The notes beneath the pieces are model-generated. The model was not told the origin of the DNA, did not search any database, and saw nothing but the letters and a program-made list of their open reading frames with translations. A stretch of DNA of 64,000 nucleotides, from the NCBI GenBank assembly GCA_026936335.1, contig JAPMXV010000063.1, forward strand, positions 161,578 through 225,577, in the 5' to 3' direction. This DNA is from Mantamonas sphyraenae STR306 (taxonomy: Eukaryota > Protista > CRuMs). Numbering within the stretch: the first letter of the stretch is position 1; each line of letters starts with the position of its first letter. Position numbers and translations under genes: made by a program. Below are positions 24,596 through 34,176 of this stretch, piece after piece.

Positions 24596-27500
24596 TCAAG
24601 TGGCCTTGTCCTTGCTCTTGGCCCATGTGAGGCTGGCTGGGCGAGTGCCACGATCCATCTGCGTAAGGAATGCAATCAGAATGTTCTCACACGCAGATGT
24701 GTCTCGATCCTTGATGATTGGCCAGCCTGATGCATGCTGAAGTGTCGCTAGCATGGCTGCACCTGCCGTTCGGTCGTTGTACGACACGCTGCAGGCGCAC
24801 TTGACGCTGCGACCAAACTTGTTGATGTTCGAGCCGACTTCAGCGACACCCTGGACCTCGTACCCGCAGTTGGAGCAGCACTTTGTTGTGCGGTGCTCGT
24901 TCACGAGGAAGACCGGGGAGCTGCGTGCCAGGTCGTCCCTCACCGCAGCGTCATTTGCACATCCGCGTCTCCAGCCCTGCGTGTTGCCCATCACATACAC
25001 AATCACGCCTGAGTTGTCACCTGGTTTGTTTCCCGACAGCTCCTTTGCGGCTCGTTCAACGTTTGACTGCAGCCTCTGTGTCTCCTTCATGCGGCTCAGG
25101 TTTACGATGATGCGTCGCTGCCGATCCTCCTCGCTGCCGTGAGAGCGCGTTTGGTGGCCCCGCTGGCCTGTCAGATGTTGTCTCTTGGCATGAGTGTGCA
25201 CAGGCACATTGACCGCTTCGGCGTACACTTGCGCACCCCTCATCGTGGACTCCAATGGTTTGCTGATTTGCCAGTGCGTTTTCCAGCTGCCCGTGTCCGC
25301 CGTGGCCACCACAATGCTCTCGAGGGCCTTCTTGTGATTCTGCAGCTCCTTGGTCGTGGGTGGTCGTGTTTGGCTTGGTTTGATGACGCCTGTGAATACG
25401 CTCGCTTGGGGTAGGCAGCGCACAAACCAACTGGGCAATAGTTCTTCCAGCTCCTTCGGCACCCCACATAGCACGCTCAACTTCACACAGAACTCCGCCA
25501 GTTTGCTCTTCGACCAGTTTGTGGGTACGTGGTGTGCAATCCATCCGAGAGAACGCGACTCAGGGAGCACGACGTCCGCGAGCGTCAGCCCAAACTTCTT
25601 CACCTGGGCCTTGGTCATCACCACGCCTGCGACATGGCTGTCATATCTGAGGATGCGTTTGACGGAACCACACACCTGCACAGTGCCGGTGGCGTGTGCG
25701 AGGACATGGCCAGGAAGTACACTCAGTTGAGGTAGCAACAACGCCGCGAGGGCCACACGGCGGTGCCAGAACGACGTGAGCTGGGCATCTTGCTCGTCGT
25801 CCACGTCGCCCTCATGTTCCTCTTCGTCCAGCTTGTGCATCGTTTGCGCCACCCAGGGAGCCGAACGATGCAGCGTTGCCGAGTGGGTCTCCAACCATTC
25901 CCTGGCCGGCTCGAGGCCATCTTTGGGAAGGGTGGACAGCGTGTGCAACAGAGTACTCGTGCCGACTTCTGTGGTATCGATATGCGACAGCAGCCGGTGG
26001 ATCAGTGATGGGGTGAAGTTCACGCATGAACAGAGAGGCCGCTCACTTGGCATACCACGGCTTCCTCCCTTTTTCAGTCTGTTGGAAATGTACTGTGCTG
26101 CATGGTTGGTCAGCTCGGTCCGAGGTGCGTCCATGGTGTTGGCGAAAAAAGTGCTCTTGGACACGCCCTTGCACACCAGCTTCTTGGCCAGGTTCCTCAC
26201 CCTCGAACCCAAGGCCTCGTCCATCTCGCTGTCTGTGATCCACTTGGTCACCTCGTCGGGAATGCCATCGTCCACACGCTGGTGTTTCTGGCCAGCTTCC
26301 GCTTCCGCGGGCTCTGGCGAGCCCGAATCCATCTCTGATTTCTCGCTGCGCTCCCGCTTGCGCTCGTTGTGCACGCCTGTGCGCGTCTTTTGCGATGTCT
26401 TGGAACGATGCCGTGTGCTCCGTGATGTCTTGCCCTTCTGTGTGTGCTTGGCTGCTTGCTTCTTGCGTTGTTTTGGTTTCCGGGGGGGGGGTTTGAACCA
26501 GAATCGCTTGAAGTCGTCACTGTGGCCCAGTGTGCGGCGCACGCGTCCCATCCCGACGCCATACACCTTGCAGATGGTCAGAATGTTTTGGTTCTTGGTC
26601 AGCTCAGAGTCAAAGCACCCGACAAGCGCGTCAAGGGCGATGTCGCGCTCGATCTTGCTGGCAATTCCAGCCACCACGCCGTCAAACTCGTTTGACACCT
26701 CGATTGACATCCAGGGTGCGAGTTTCAGCGCCATTGTCATCTCCTTCAGTTCACCCCTCTCCCCAAGGGCAGCCACGAGGCTCTCATGTGTCATCAACTC
26801 GTGAAGAAGGGGGTCCGCGTCATTCTCGTCGTCTTCGGACAACGATGACGATGATGATGACGACGACGACGATGATGATGATGACGACGACGACGACGAC
26901 GACTCCCTTGATGCGTATGAGCGTGTTCGTCGCTGTTGAAAAACATCCGGGACCAGCAATCGCATCGCGTCTTGATCCTCCGTGGCCACCTGCTGCCATG
27001 GCTGGGCGAAGCCTGGTTTGCACTCGATGGCCAACTCCTTGATGTCGCCCGTATGGAGGTCGGCCAGGGAGCCACCCAGCTTCTTGAACAGCTTCCGTTG
27101 CGTAGCAGGTTCGCTCAGAAGTCCCAAGGCGTAATTACCCTGGGCAGCATCTTGCAAGGCGCGCCTGATGAGGCCGATCCCCATGTTCAACAGCACGTTG
27201 AAGACGACCGCGCAACACTCCATGAACAGTTCAACAGACTTGTCATCAGCGAGCTGTTGAGCTGTGTACGGTTTTCGGCGTTTCTGCTTGCCTCTCGGGC
27301 GCAGCGTTACTGACTTCAATCCACCCGCATCGTCCAGTACATCAGCGGGTTCAGGAAGACCATTGACCAGACTGTGTGCCTGAGCGTACACAACGGCCCG
27401 TTGGATGCCCGCTTTTGCCTTCGCTTCTGCCTGCAGCAGCAATTCGTGCTGCTGATCTGATTTCTGCCTGGACACCTTTTCGCTCTCCAACTCGCGCACC

Positions 27501-29407
27501 AGCCCCTGAAGATGGTGCTCTTCCACCAGTTTCTTCGCTTTCATCTTGGATGAGCTGTCCATCTTGTCCTGTGTCAGCATACTCTTCAGCTCGAGCTGTG
27601 CCTCGTGCGCGGCCGCGTCAAACCAAAAAAAGCGAGCGGCAAGGTGCTCGTACAGCGCAATGCCCACGTCATCTTGCCTCATCTTCCTCGTGCAGCTCAC
27701 TTGCACGTATGGCAGGTCGTCCTGTGTGCGAAGTTCTTTGACCCGCACGCCTTTGAGAAGATGCCCGTGATCTCCCACACTCTCACGCATCCAGTCGAGC
27801 TCTGCTTCCATATCACCCTTGCTCATGCGCACGCAAAACGTTCCGTCTGCGATCTTCTCGCTGGCAACCACTCCTTGCGTGCTGCATTGTTGCGCTTGGA
27901 GCAGTTTGCGCGTGGTTTTCAGAGCTGTGTTCCTTTTCTTTGCCCGAGGGCCTTGAAAGCGGGAGGCGTCGACTGTAAACAGGATGCGGTGCAGTTCATC
28001 GTCCTCACGCGCACCCACGTGTGCCGCAATGCATACACCTGCGTCATCCCTAACCACCATGAGCTGCCCGAAAATCTGGATCGTGCGGCTCACCCGCAGC
28101 AACTGAAACTTCTTCAGCATGTCCGGCATAGTGGTGTGCTTTTCGTGATACAGCTGCGATCGACACCATCTGTAGAACGTCCATCGCTCCGTACTACCCA
28201 TTTCACTGAGCGCTTCCGAGAATGCTTCCACACCGGCATCTTGCGGTGGGCTGTCCAACTGCCCTCTTCGCTTGCCACGGAACACTGCCTGCAGACTGCA
28301 ACCAGTGTAGCGCGCGACATCATGCAGGTGTGCCCTCAGCCGCCTCTTTCCCGAGGACGAGAACTCCTCAAACCTCGCCCTCAGTTTTGACTCCTTCCGA
28401 GTCGTCGATGATGCAGCGCTCACAATGGTGTCCAAGCTGGTCACACGCACGATGTCAAACTCCTGGTCGCCGAAACACTGGGGCTCTGGCTGCTGGGGTG
28501 ATAGCACGAGTTGGCGGCGGCCGTCGATGAGTTCGTGCACGCCACAACAACGTAGCATAGCATGACTGTACGTGGACAGCTGGAACGTGTCGTCGTTGTT
28601 AGGAACGTGGTCTGTCAGATCCAGCAGTGTGCTTGCGGACGCCACAGCGTGTCGAGTGGCCTGCGAGAGAAAAGCTGCCGTGCCATTGGACCTTACGAAA
28701 AGTTTTGGTGCTGCAATGCCACTCAAGCTTCGACAGTGGTCCGAGTCTATGCCCACGTCCACCAACATGGCCGTGTTCTTGAACACAGCGAACACAACCG
28801 CTTGGAACGAATGCACCAACTGTTCAGCCTCCAGACCCTTGCCGGCATCCTCAAACGCTTTGGATGTCAAGCAAAGCACGCACTTTTCCTCCAGGCCACG
28901 CTGCACCTGCCCACGTACATCCCTTTCCACCTTTTTGCCTTTGCGCACCTTGTGCGAACCGAAGTCGTCCAGATCCACAAACCCGTCCATATCGACTTCC
29001 ACGAACGCATGTTTCAACGCAGACATGAATTTGACGTACAACTGCCTGTCTTTCCCCCTTGGGGTGTCTGTGTCATCAATCTTGCCGCGTGCAGCGACGA
29101 CCGAACGCAGCCACTCGACTGTGTGCGCAGGGTCCTTCGCGTGGACTAACAACGACATCATCTTGGCCACGGAGGGGTAGATCTCGGTTGCTACGACCAC
29201 CAGTGCGTGCTTGAACACCTCTTGCAACCGCGTGGCCATCTCCTCGACTGCTTTCACCAAGCGCTGGCCCCAAGCCTCGACTGTCCTCAACCGCTCGTCG
29301 TCACTTTTGGCATAGTGAAGCCGCGGAGGAAAGAAGAGGATCCCGTCTGTGGGCAACGTTGGTGTGAGTGCATTAGCCCAGGGAACGGCAAACGGGAAAA
29401 TGGTCAT
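24596..29407 (-). CDS. Very large Fanzor/TnpB-family RNA-guided endonuclease candidate (Fanzor1-like), 1603 aa, single uninterrupted ORF
   Basis: The C-terminal ~240 aa carry RuvC-I VVATADTG (D at 25295-25297), VIVYVMGN, RuvC-II VFLVNEHRTTKCCSNCG with Glu directly before the zinc finger, a second Cys pair KCAC, RuvC-III DRDTSACENI (24681-24709) and a terminal RPASL. Confidence 0.85.
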   Translation of the reverse strand: MTIFPFAVPWANALTPTLPTDGILFFPPRLHYAKSDDERLRTVEAWGQRLVKAVEEMATRLQEVFKHALVVVATEIYPSVAKMMSLLVHAKDPAHTVEWLRSVVAARGKIDDTDTPRGKDRQLYVKFMSALKHAFVEVDMDGFVDLDDFGSHKVRKGKKVERDVRGQVQRGLEEKCVLCLTSKAFEDAGKGLEAEQLVHSFQAVVFAVFKNTAMLVDVGIDSDHCRSLSGIAAPKLFVRSNGTAAFLSQATRHAVASASTLLDLTDHVPNNDDTFQLSTYSHAMLRCCGVHELIDGRRQLVLSPQQPEPQCFGDQEFDIVRVTSLDTIVSAASSTTRKESKLRARFEEFSSSGKRRLRAHLHDVARYTGCSLQAVFRGKRRGQLDSPPQDAGVEAFSEALSEMGSTERWTFYRWCRSQLYHEKHTTMPDMLKKFQLLRVSRTIQIFGQLMVVRDDAGVCIAAHVGAREDDELHRILFTVDASRFQGPRAKKRNTALKTTRKLLQAQQCSTQGVVASEKIADGTFCVRMSKGDMEAELDWMRESVGDHGHLLKGVRVKELRTQDDLPYVQVSCTRKMRQDDVGIALYEHLAARFFWFDAAAHEAQLELKSMLTQDKMDSSSKMKAKKLVEEHHLQGLVRELESEKVSRQKSDQQHELLLQAEAKAKAGIQRAVVYAQAHSLVNGLPEPADVLDDAGGLKSVTLRPRGKQKRRKPYTAQQLADDKSVELFMECCAVVFNVLLNMGIGLIRRALQDAAQGNYALGLLSEPATQRKLFKKLGGSLADLHTGDIKELAIECKPGFAQPWQQVATEDQDAMRLLVPDVFQQRRTRSYASRESSSSSSSSSSSSSSSSSSSSLSEDDENDADPLLHELMTHESLVAALGERGELKEMTMALKLAPWMSIEVSNEFDGVVAGIASKIERDIALDALVGCFDSELTKNQNILTICKVYGVGMGRVRRTLGHSDDFKRFWFKPPPRKPKQRKKQAAKHTQKGKTSRSTRHRSKTSQKTRTGVHNERKRERSEKSEMDSGSPEPAEAEAGQKHQRVDDGIPDEVTKWITDSEMDEALGSRVRNLAKKLVCKGVSKSTFFANTMDAPRTELTNHAAQYISNRLKKGGSRGMPSERPLCSCVNFTPSLIHRLLSHIDTTEVGTSTLLHTLSTLPKDGLEPAREWLETHSATLHRSAPWVAQTMHKLDEEEHEGDVDDEQDAQLTSFWHRRVALAALLLPQLSVLPGHVLAHATGTVQVCGSVKRILRYDSHVAGVVMTKAQVKKFGLTLADVVLPESRSLGWIAHHVPTNWSKSKLAEFCVKLSVLCGVPKELEELLPSWFVRCLPQASVFTGVIKPSQTRPPTTKELQNHKKALESIVVATADTGSWKTHWQISKPLESTMRGAQVYAEAVNVPVHTHAKRQHLTGQRGHQTRSHGSEEDRQRRIIVNLSRMKETQRLQSNVERAAKELSGNKPGDNSGVIVYVMGNTQGWRRGCANDAAVRDDLARSSPVFLVNEHRTTKCCSNCGYEVQGVAEVGSNINKFGRSVKCACSVSYNDRTAGAAMLATLQHASGWPIIKDRDTSACENILIAFLTQMDRGTRPASLTWAKSKDKAT

Positions 29408-30150
29408 TGTGCCCTACAGAGAAACCCAAGGTCCACACCAATCACAGTCACGGCAATATCGGCATCGTTGTACTGAGTCTTGTATATGTCGTGCGAAACG
29501 GCTCCCTTGGCTGCCGTTTCCAGTTTGTCCAAGTACGTTGCCCCGGTCTTCAGCTGTGGACGCACCGCAACCCCACCAGCAGCGAGGCTCAATCCCCAAA
29601 GCCGCGACTTCTGCTTGTGCAACGTGCGCGGAGCGTCATCAAGGAACAATCCATCTTGCAGCATCGTCAGGTGCAGAAGGCCCTGTTCGTCCTCGTCGCG
29701 AGTGACAGAAACAACCGATGGATGCGACAGTGCGGCCTGCACCACGGTGTCCTCAACCGTTTCCGCCTTGCTGCTCTTCTTGTCCCCCGTGTCGGTGTCA
29801 CGCTCTTCCCTGATCGGGCACACACTCTCCAGATCTTTGCACAATTGCTTTAGGTCCTTTGCAGCCTCTTTGTACTCGTCGGGCAGGTGGCCAGCGAGTC
29901 TACGGGTAAATTCAACCACACGCATGCTCTCCAGGGACGTCGGGTTGCGGTTACAAGAGAGCTGCGTCTTGCACACCTTGTCGACGGCGTCCAGACCCTT
30001 GACGGCGGCATCTACTTCCTCTTCCGGCATGTCCGCATAGTGCAAACGAAGTCCAAGCACTGCGTTGTGCAGGCGCTCCGTGAGGCGAAGGCGCGATTTG
30101 CCCTTCCCTCGTTTGTTTCTGCTGTTTGAGCTCGAAGATGATGAAGACAT
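29404..30150 (-). CDS. Upstream ORF (248 aa) overlapping the Fanzor start by ATGA; possibly the frameshifted N-terminus of the same protein
   Basis: Intronless [21 protein letters not shown]...; ends in AVTVIGVDLGFLCRAQ*, a RuvC/RNase H beta1-type motif. Confidence 0.6.
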   Translation of the reverse strand: MSSSSSSSNSRNKRGKGKSRLRLTERLHNAVLGLRLHYADMPEEEVDAAVKGLDAVDKVCKTQLSCNRNPTSLESMRVVEFTRRLAGHLPDEYKEAAKDLKQLCKDLESVCPIREERDTDTGDKKSSKAETVEDTVVQAALSHPSVVSVTRDEDEQGLLHLTMLQDGLFLDDAPRTLHKQKSRLWGLSLAAGGVAVRPQLKTGATYLDKLETAAKGAVSHDIYKTQYNDADIAVTVIGVDLGFLCRAQ

Positions 30151-30401
30151 AGTCCAGGACAAGGGAAAGTAGTTGAAGAATCTCTGTCGTTCTCTCCTTG
30201 GGACCGTGCTTGCAATGCCCTCTTCCAAACCAATTTGGTGTGTCACGCCGCGCCCTCACATTGCCAAAGGAGGTTATCGTCGCTCGTGAAAGCACAGCAT
30301 GGAAATTGAACATGGTATATGTGCATGTGGATGGTGTCCTACGGACAAAAACTTCTTCATTGCCCCTCAATCGAAACGATTCGCTCAAACGAATCATCTT
30401 C

Positions 30402-31854
30402 TCACAGGCCATCGACAATGGAAAACACCTGTGCGTAGACGTCGTGCACCGCTTGCTTGCAAAAGAGAAAGTCCATGTGTTCGTAGGTGGGCACCTCAAA
30501 GAGCTGGAGGTTGGGCTTGGCCGGCTTGCCACCCGTGATGGCACGTACAACTGCAGCCGTGTCCGGCAGTGGGTCTTGTTCGCCGTAGAACAAAGCCATG
30601 GGCAGGTCGATGGTTGTGAGGTCGTAGGTGGGAGGCTCTGGGCTTCGGTAGGCGAGCATGTTTGCGTGCCTGCTGCCAAAGTCGTAGCGTGTGAACGAGC
30701 CCGACTGCATGAGCTGAAACCAATGGTGGACATTCTTGACAGAAGTGCCACTGTACAGGTGTGCGGCGTAGAGGTCCATGCGGGCCGGGTCGAGGTTGTG
30801 GCTGCGCCAGCCAAACAACACGCTGAAGGCCTTGCGGATGACCGCTGTGTACACTTTGCGAGGCAAAATACCACGGCAAAGACCGGCAGCAGACAACATG
30901 CGACGGTTGCCAAACAGGGCCGTCATCCAGTCCCAGGAAGCACCGGCCATTCTGTTGACCAGGGGATTGTGCAGCTCGTTGACGATGGCAGCTGGGGCCA
31001 TGGCCACAAAGAGGTCCACCTGCGCTGCCAGCTCAGGCATGGTGCTGAAAGCGGCGAATCCGAGCGATGTCCCCTGAGAGAAGCCCACATAGAGCAGGCG
31101 ACTGCCCCCGCTTGTTTCAAGCGCGTACTGCAGCATCTCCGGCAGATCAATCAGTGCCATCTCGTCCATGGAAAAGTCCCAGAACCGCTCGTCGTCGATG
31201 GAGAGAGTTTCATGCCTGCGGCTGCACTCGTTGCCGCGTGTGTTGCCTGCAATTGTCGCCAGCCCGCCGAAAACCCCCCGCCGAAGTCAGTTCTTTCTTC
31301 TCACGGGCCTCGCCCACGCGTTCATGTGTGAACGCGGGTGGGAAGAAAAACGTGGCAAACAGGCTCACTGTGTTTGTGTTTGTTCACACTCGGCACTTAC
31401 CCAGCCACACTTCGTGTCCGCGCTGGGCGAATTGGAACGCCAGCGACTCGCGGTTGCAGACCCAGGTGGCCGCGCTCTGGAAGCAGCCATGCTGCAGAAA
31501 CACCACGCGATGATGGTTGCGAGTCACATGCGCGGGGGGAAGAATGCGTTGCACTCCCAGCAGGTATCCGTCCGAGGTGCGCACTGTGTGCTCCTCGCAC
31601 TGGAAGCCCATTGCTTCCACCAGCTGGGCCACAGACAGGTCCAGCAACGACTCGACGCTGTTCTTGCTCCGTGAGCGCTTGTGTTGCCCTCTCCTCCTAC
31701 GCACACGTCCGTACAGAACGACCGCGTGTGTCAACAACGTCGTCACGGGCGTCCACACCGCCACATGGATGGCACGGAAGAGCAAGGCCACCACAAAGGC
31801 GGCGTATGTGCTGACCACATTGTGTAGCACTGTCAGCAAAGCCACCGTGCCCAT
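30402..31854 (-). CDS. Lysosomal acid lipase/steryl ester hydrolase-like alpha/beta hydrolase (LIPA/Tgl1/Yeh family); 2 predicted exons
   Basis: EEHTVRTSDGYLL, VVFLQHG, EVWLG|NTRGN, FWDFSMDEMALIDLP, nucleophile YVGFSQG, catalytic His YEHMDF. Confidence 0.92.
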
Positions 31855-31876
31855 GGCGTTTTGAAGAGAATTAGTT

Positions 31877-34099
31877 TCACTGGATTGCGCAAGCCTTGCT
31901 CTCGTCTGCACCGCCGCCCTTTGTCCCTCCACCATTCTCCTGTTTCTCTTCCTTTGCATCCAGCTGCTTGCTAAGCAACTCGTTTTGTGACTTGAGCGAC
32001 TCCAGTTCGTCGTGCATCTCTGCCTTGTCCTGGCCGGGCCGTTTTCGGCGCGGGGTCTGCGATGTCGTCTCACCGTCGCCACCTGTGCTCGACACGCCTG
32101 CCTGGGCGTTGGCTGCGTCCACACTTGCGTTGATACGGTCCACATGCTTCTGGTTCTCTTCTTCCAGGCGTGTGACGCGTGCCCGCAGTTGACGGATCAA
32201 CTCGTCCCGATCCTTCACTGCTGTCTCCATGCCTTTGCTGTACGCTTCCATCTCCTTCTGGAACATCTCTCGTGTTTGTTCCACCTCCTCCTGCAGCCGT
32301 TCGATCTCGTCTTCCTTCTCGTCCAGCTCGTCGTGCAGTTCCTCCGCCTCCTCCATCCACTCCTGCGCCGTCTTGACCTCCTCCGGCTCGTTTTCCATTG
32401 CACCTGTGCCCTCTTCGTCGTCGCTGCTGTCTCGTGCCTCCTGTTCCTTCTTGGCCTTGCGCGCTGCCCGTTCCGCCGCTCGTTTTTCCTTGTCCTGCGC
32501 AAGCACCATGGACGTCAGGGGCTGGTTGACCGTCGAGCCGCACTCAATCAGCAGATAGATGATTTCTGTGGCCTTGCATGCGGCAGCGAGTTGCAGCGGC
32601 GTCTTGCCCTCTGGATTGGGCATGACAAAGTCTGCGCCAGCGCGGATCAACAGCTTCACACATTCTTCGTGATTGCTGGGCACGGCAAGGTGCAACGGTG
32701 TGTATCCACTGTCGTTTCGTGCGTTGACGTCCACATCGCATGTCAGCAGGAACGACAGAGTTTCTTTGTGGCCCTCCTGAGCGGCCAAATGCAAGGCAGT
32801 CAGGCCCTTGGGGTCGCCTGTGCGCACTGCCACCATTCCAGTGGCCATGAGCACCTTGCAGCATTCCGTGTGACCGTGTGCCGCAGCCACGTGAAGCGCA
32901 ATGCGTCCGTCTTTGTCCTCCAGATTCACCTTTGCACGTGTGGTTTCAAACGCTCTGTTGGGATGGTTGACTGGGTGTGTGCGTGTGTGGGTGTGCGTGT
33001 GTCAGCTGGCTGTGTGCTGTGGACGTGGGTGGTGGCGTTGCGACGTACAAATGATGTTCATCAGGTTGGCGTGGCCCTCGCGTGCACACAGGTGCAGGCA
33101 GGTCTGTTGGTTGACGTCCTGAGCATAAACCTCTGCGCCGACGTCGAGCAGCAGATCGACAGTCTCTGTGTTGTTGGCCTTGGCGGCAAGGTGCAGCGGC
33201 CGCGTGCCGTGCTCGTCCTCCACGTTGCCATTGCCGTTGTTGCGCAGCAGCCACTGGGCACAGGCGAAATCCTGTTCCTGACAGGCCTTGAGCAACACCT
33301 TGTCCACCTTGGTGTCCTTGATGATGGTCGCACCGGCAGCAAGCAAGGCTCGCACGCAGCCCACGTGCTCAAACTCCAGTGCGTAGTGCAGCGCATTGTT
33401 CTCGAATGTGTCCAGGGCATGCACATCTGCGCCTGCACCCAACAGCAGGTCCACAATCTCTGCATAGCCACCCTCGGCGGCGTTGTGCAGGGCTGTGCGT
33501 TTCTCCTTGTTGCTGGCCACCTCCACCTCTGTGCCCTGCATCACCACCAGCAGCTTCACCACGTCTGTGTGTCCTCCTTTGCACGCCATAGCCAAAGGAG
33601 TCTGTACGTGTGCGCGTGTTGCGTTGGTATCGTCGTGTACGGCATGGTGGCCCGTGTCAGCCTGTGCCCCTCTGGTGCCCAAAAACGGCTACCTCTCTCT
33701 GCGCGGCTGCTGCGCCACACGGGGCATGGAAGGGACACACGCCACACATGAAAGCGCCCAAACAGGCCAAAGCCAGCGTAGGGCGGTAGGAACACGCGTG
33801 TTACCCACCTCGTTGTTCTGGTCGACGGCGTTGACGTCTGCACGGTACTCGATCAGCGTCGTCACCGCCTTGGAGGCGCCCACCTTGGCTGCATAGTGCA
33901 GTGCCGTGGTATCCACGCCGTCCCGTTGGTTCGGATTCTCGCCCTTCTTCAGCAGCTCCTCCAATCCAGCAGCGTCGTCGTTGCGGGCGAGGTACATCAT
34001 CTTTGCGCTGATGTCCTCGGGCCTCATCAAGGCTTCCACCACGACCACCTTGGTCTTGATCTTGCGCTTCTTCTTGCCCGTCTTCTTCTTGCTGGGCAT
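31877..34099 (-). CDS. Ankyrin-repeat protein with C-terminal coiled coil and CaaX box (CAIQ); 3 predicted exons
   Basis: Many TALH/TPLH ankyrin repeats, an E-rich coiled coil and terminal KACAIQ*. Confidence 0.88.
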
Positions 34100-34176
34100 G
34101 GGTCCTCAGACGTGTGAGTGTTCAGGTGTGTGGTCGAGCTGGGGCGCTGGCGACGCCACGACATCAACACGAAACC

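Larger units (their letters stand above)
24438..30265 (-). mobile_element. Putative Fanzor-carrying element or domesticated remnant; boundaries tentative
   Basis: Intronless Fanzor-type ORFs between housekeeping genes; short inverted repeat GGCAATGTGA at 24438-24447 and 30256-30265. No transposase or target-site duplication recognised. Confidence 0.35.

Noticed and set aside
29415-29430. GGGTTTC as a programmed -1 ribosomal frameshift site joining ORF1 to the Fanzor
   Set aside because: The heptamer is not in the X XXY YYZ phase, and the -1 frame meets a TAG before the Fanzor frame opens.
24425-30280. Target-site duplication around the putative Fanzor element
   Set aside because: The flanks outside the inverted repeat (ATGGCGCC versus AAAGGAGG) share no direct repeat.
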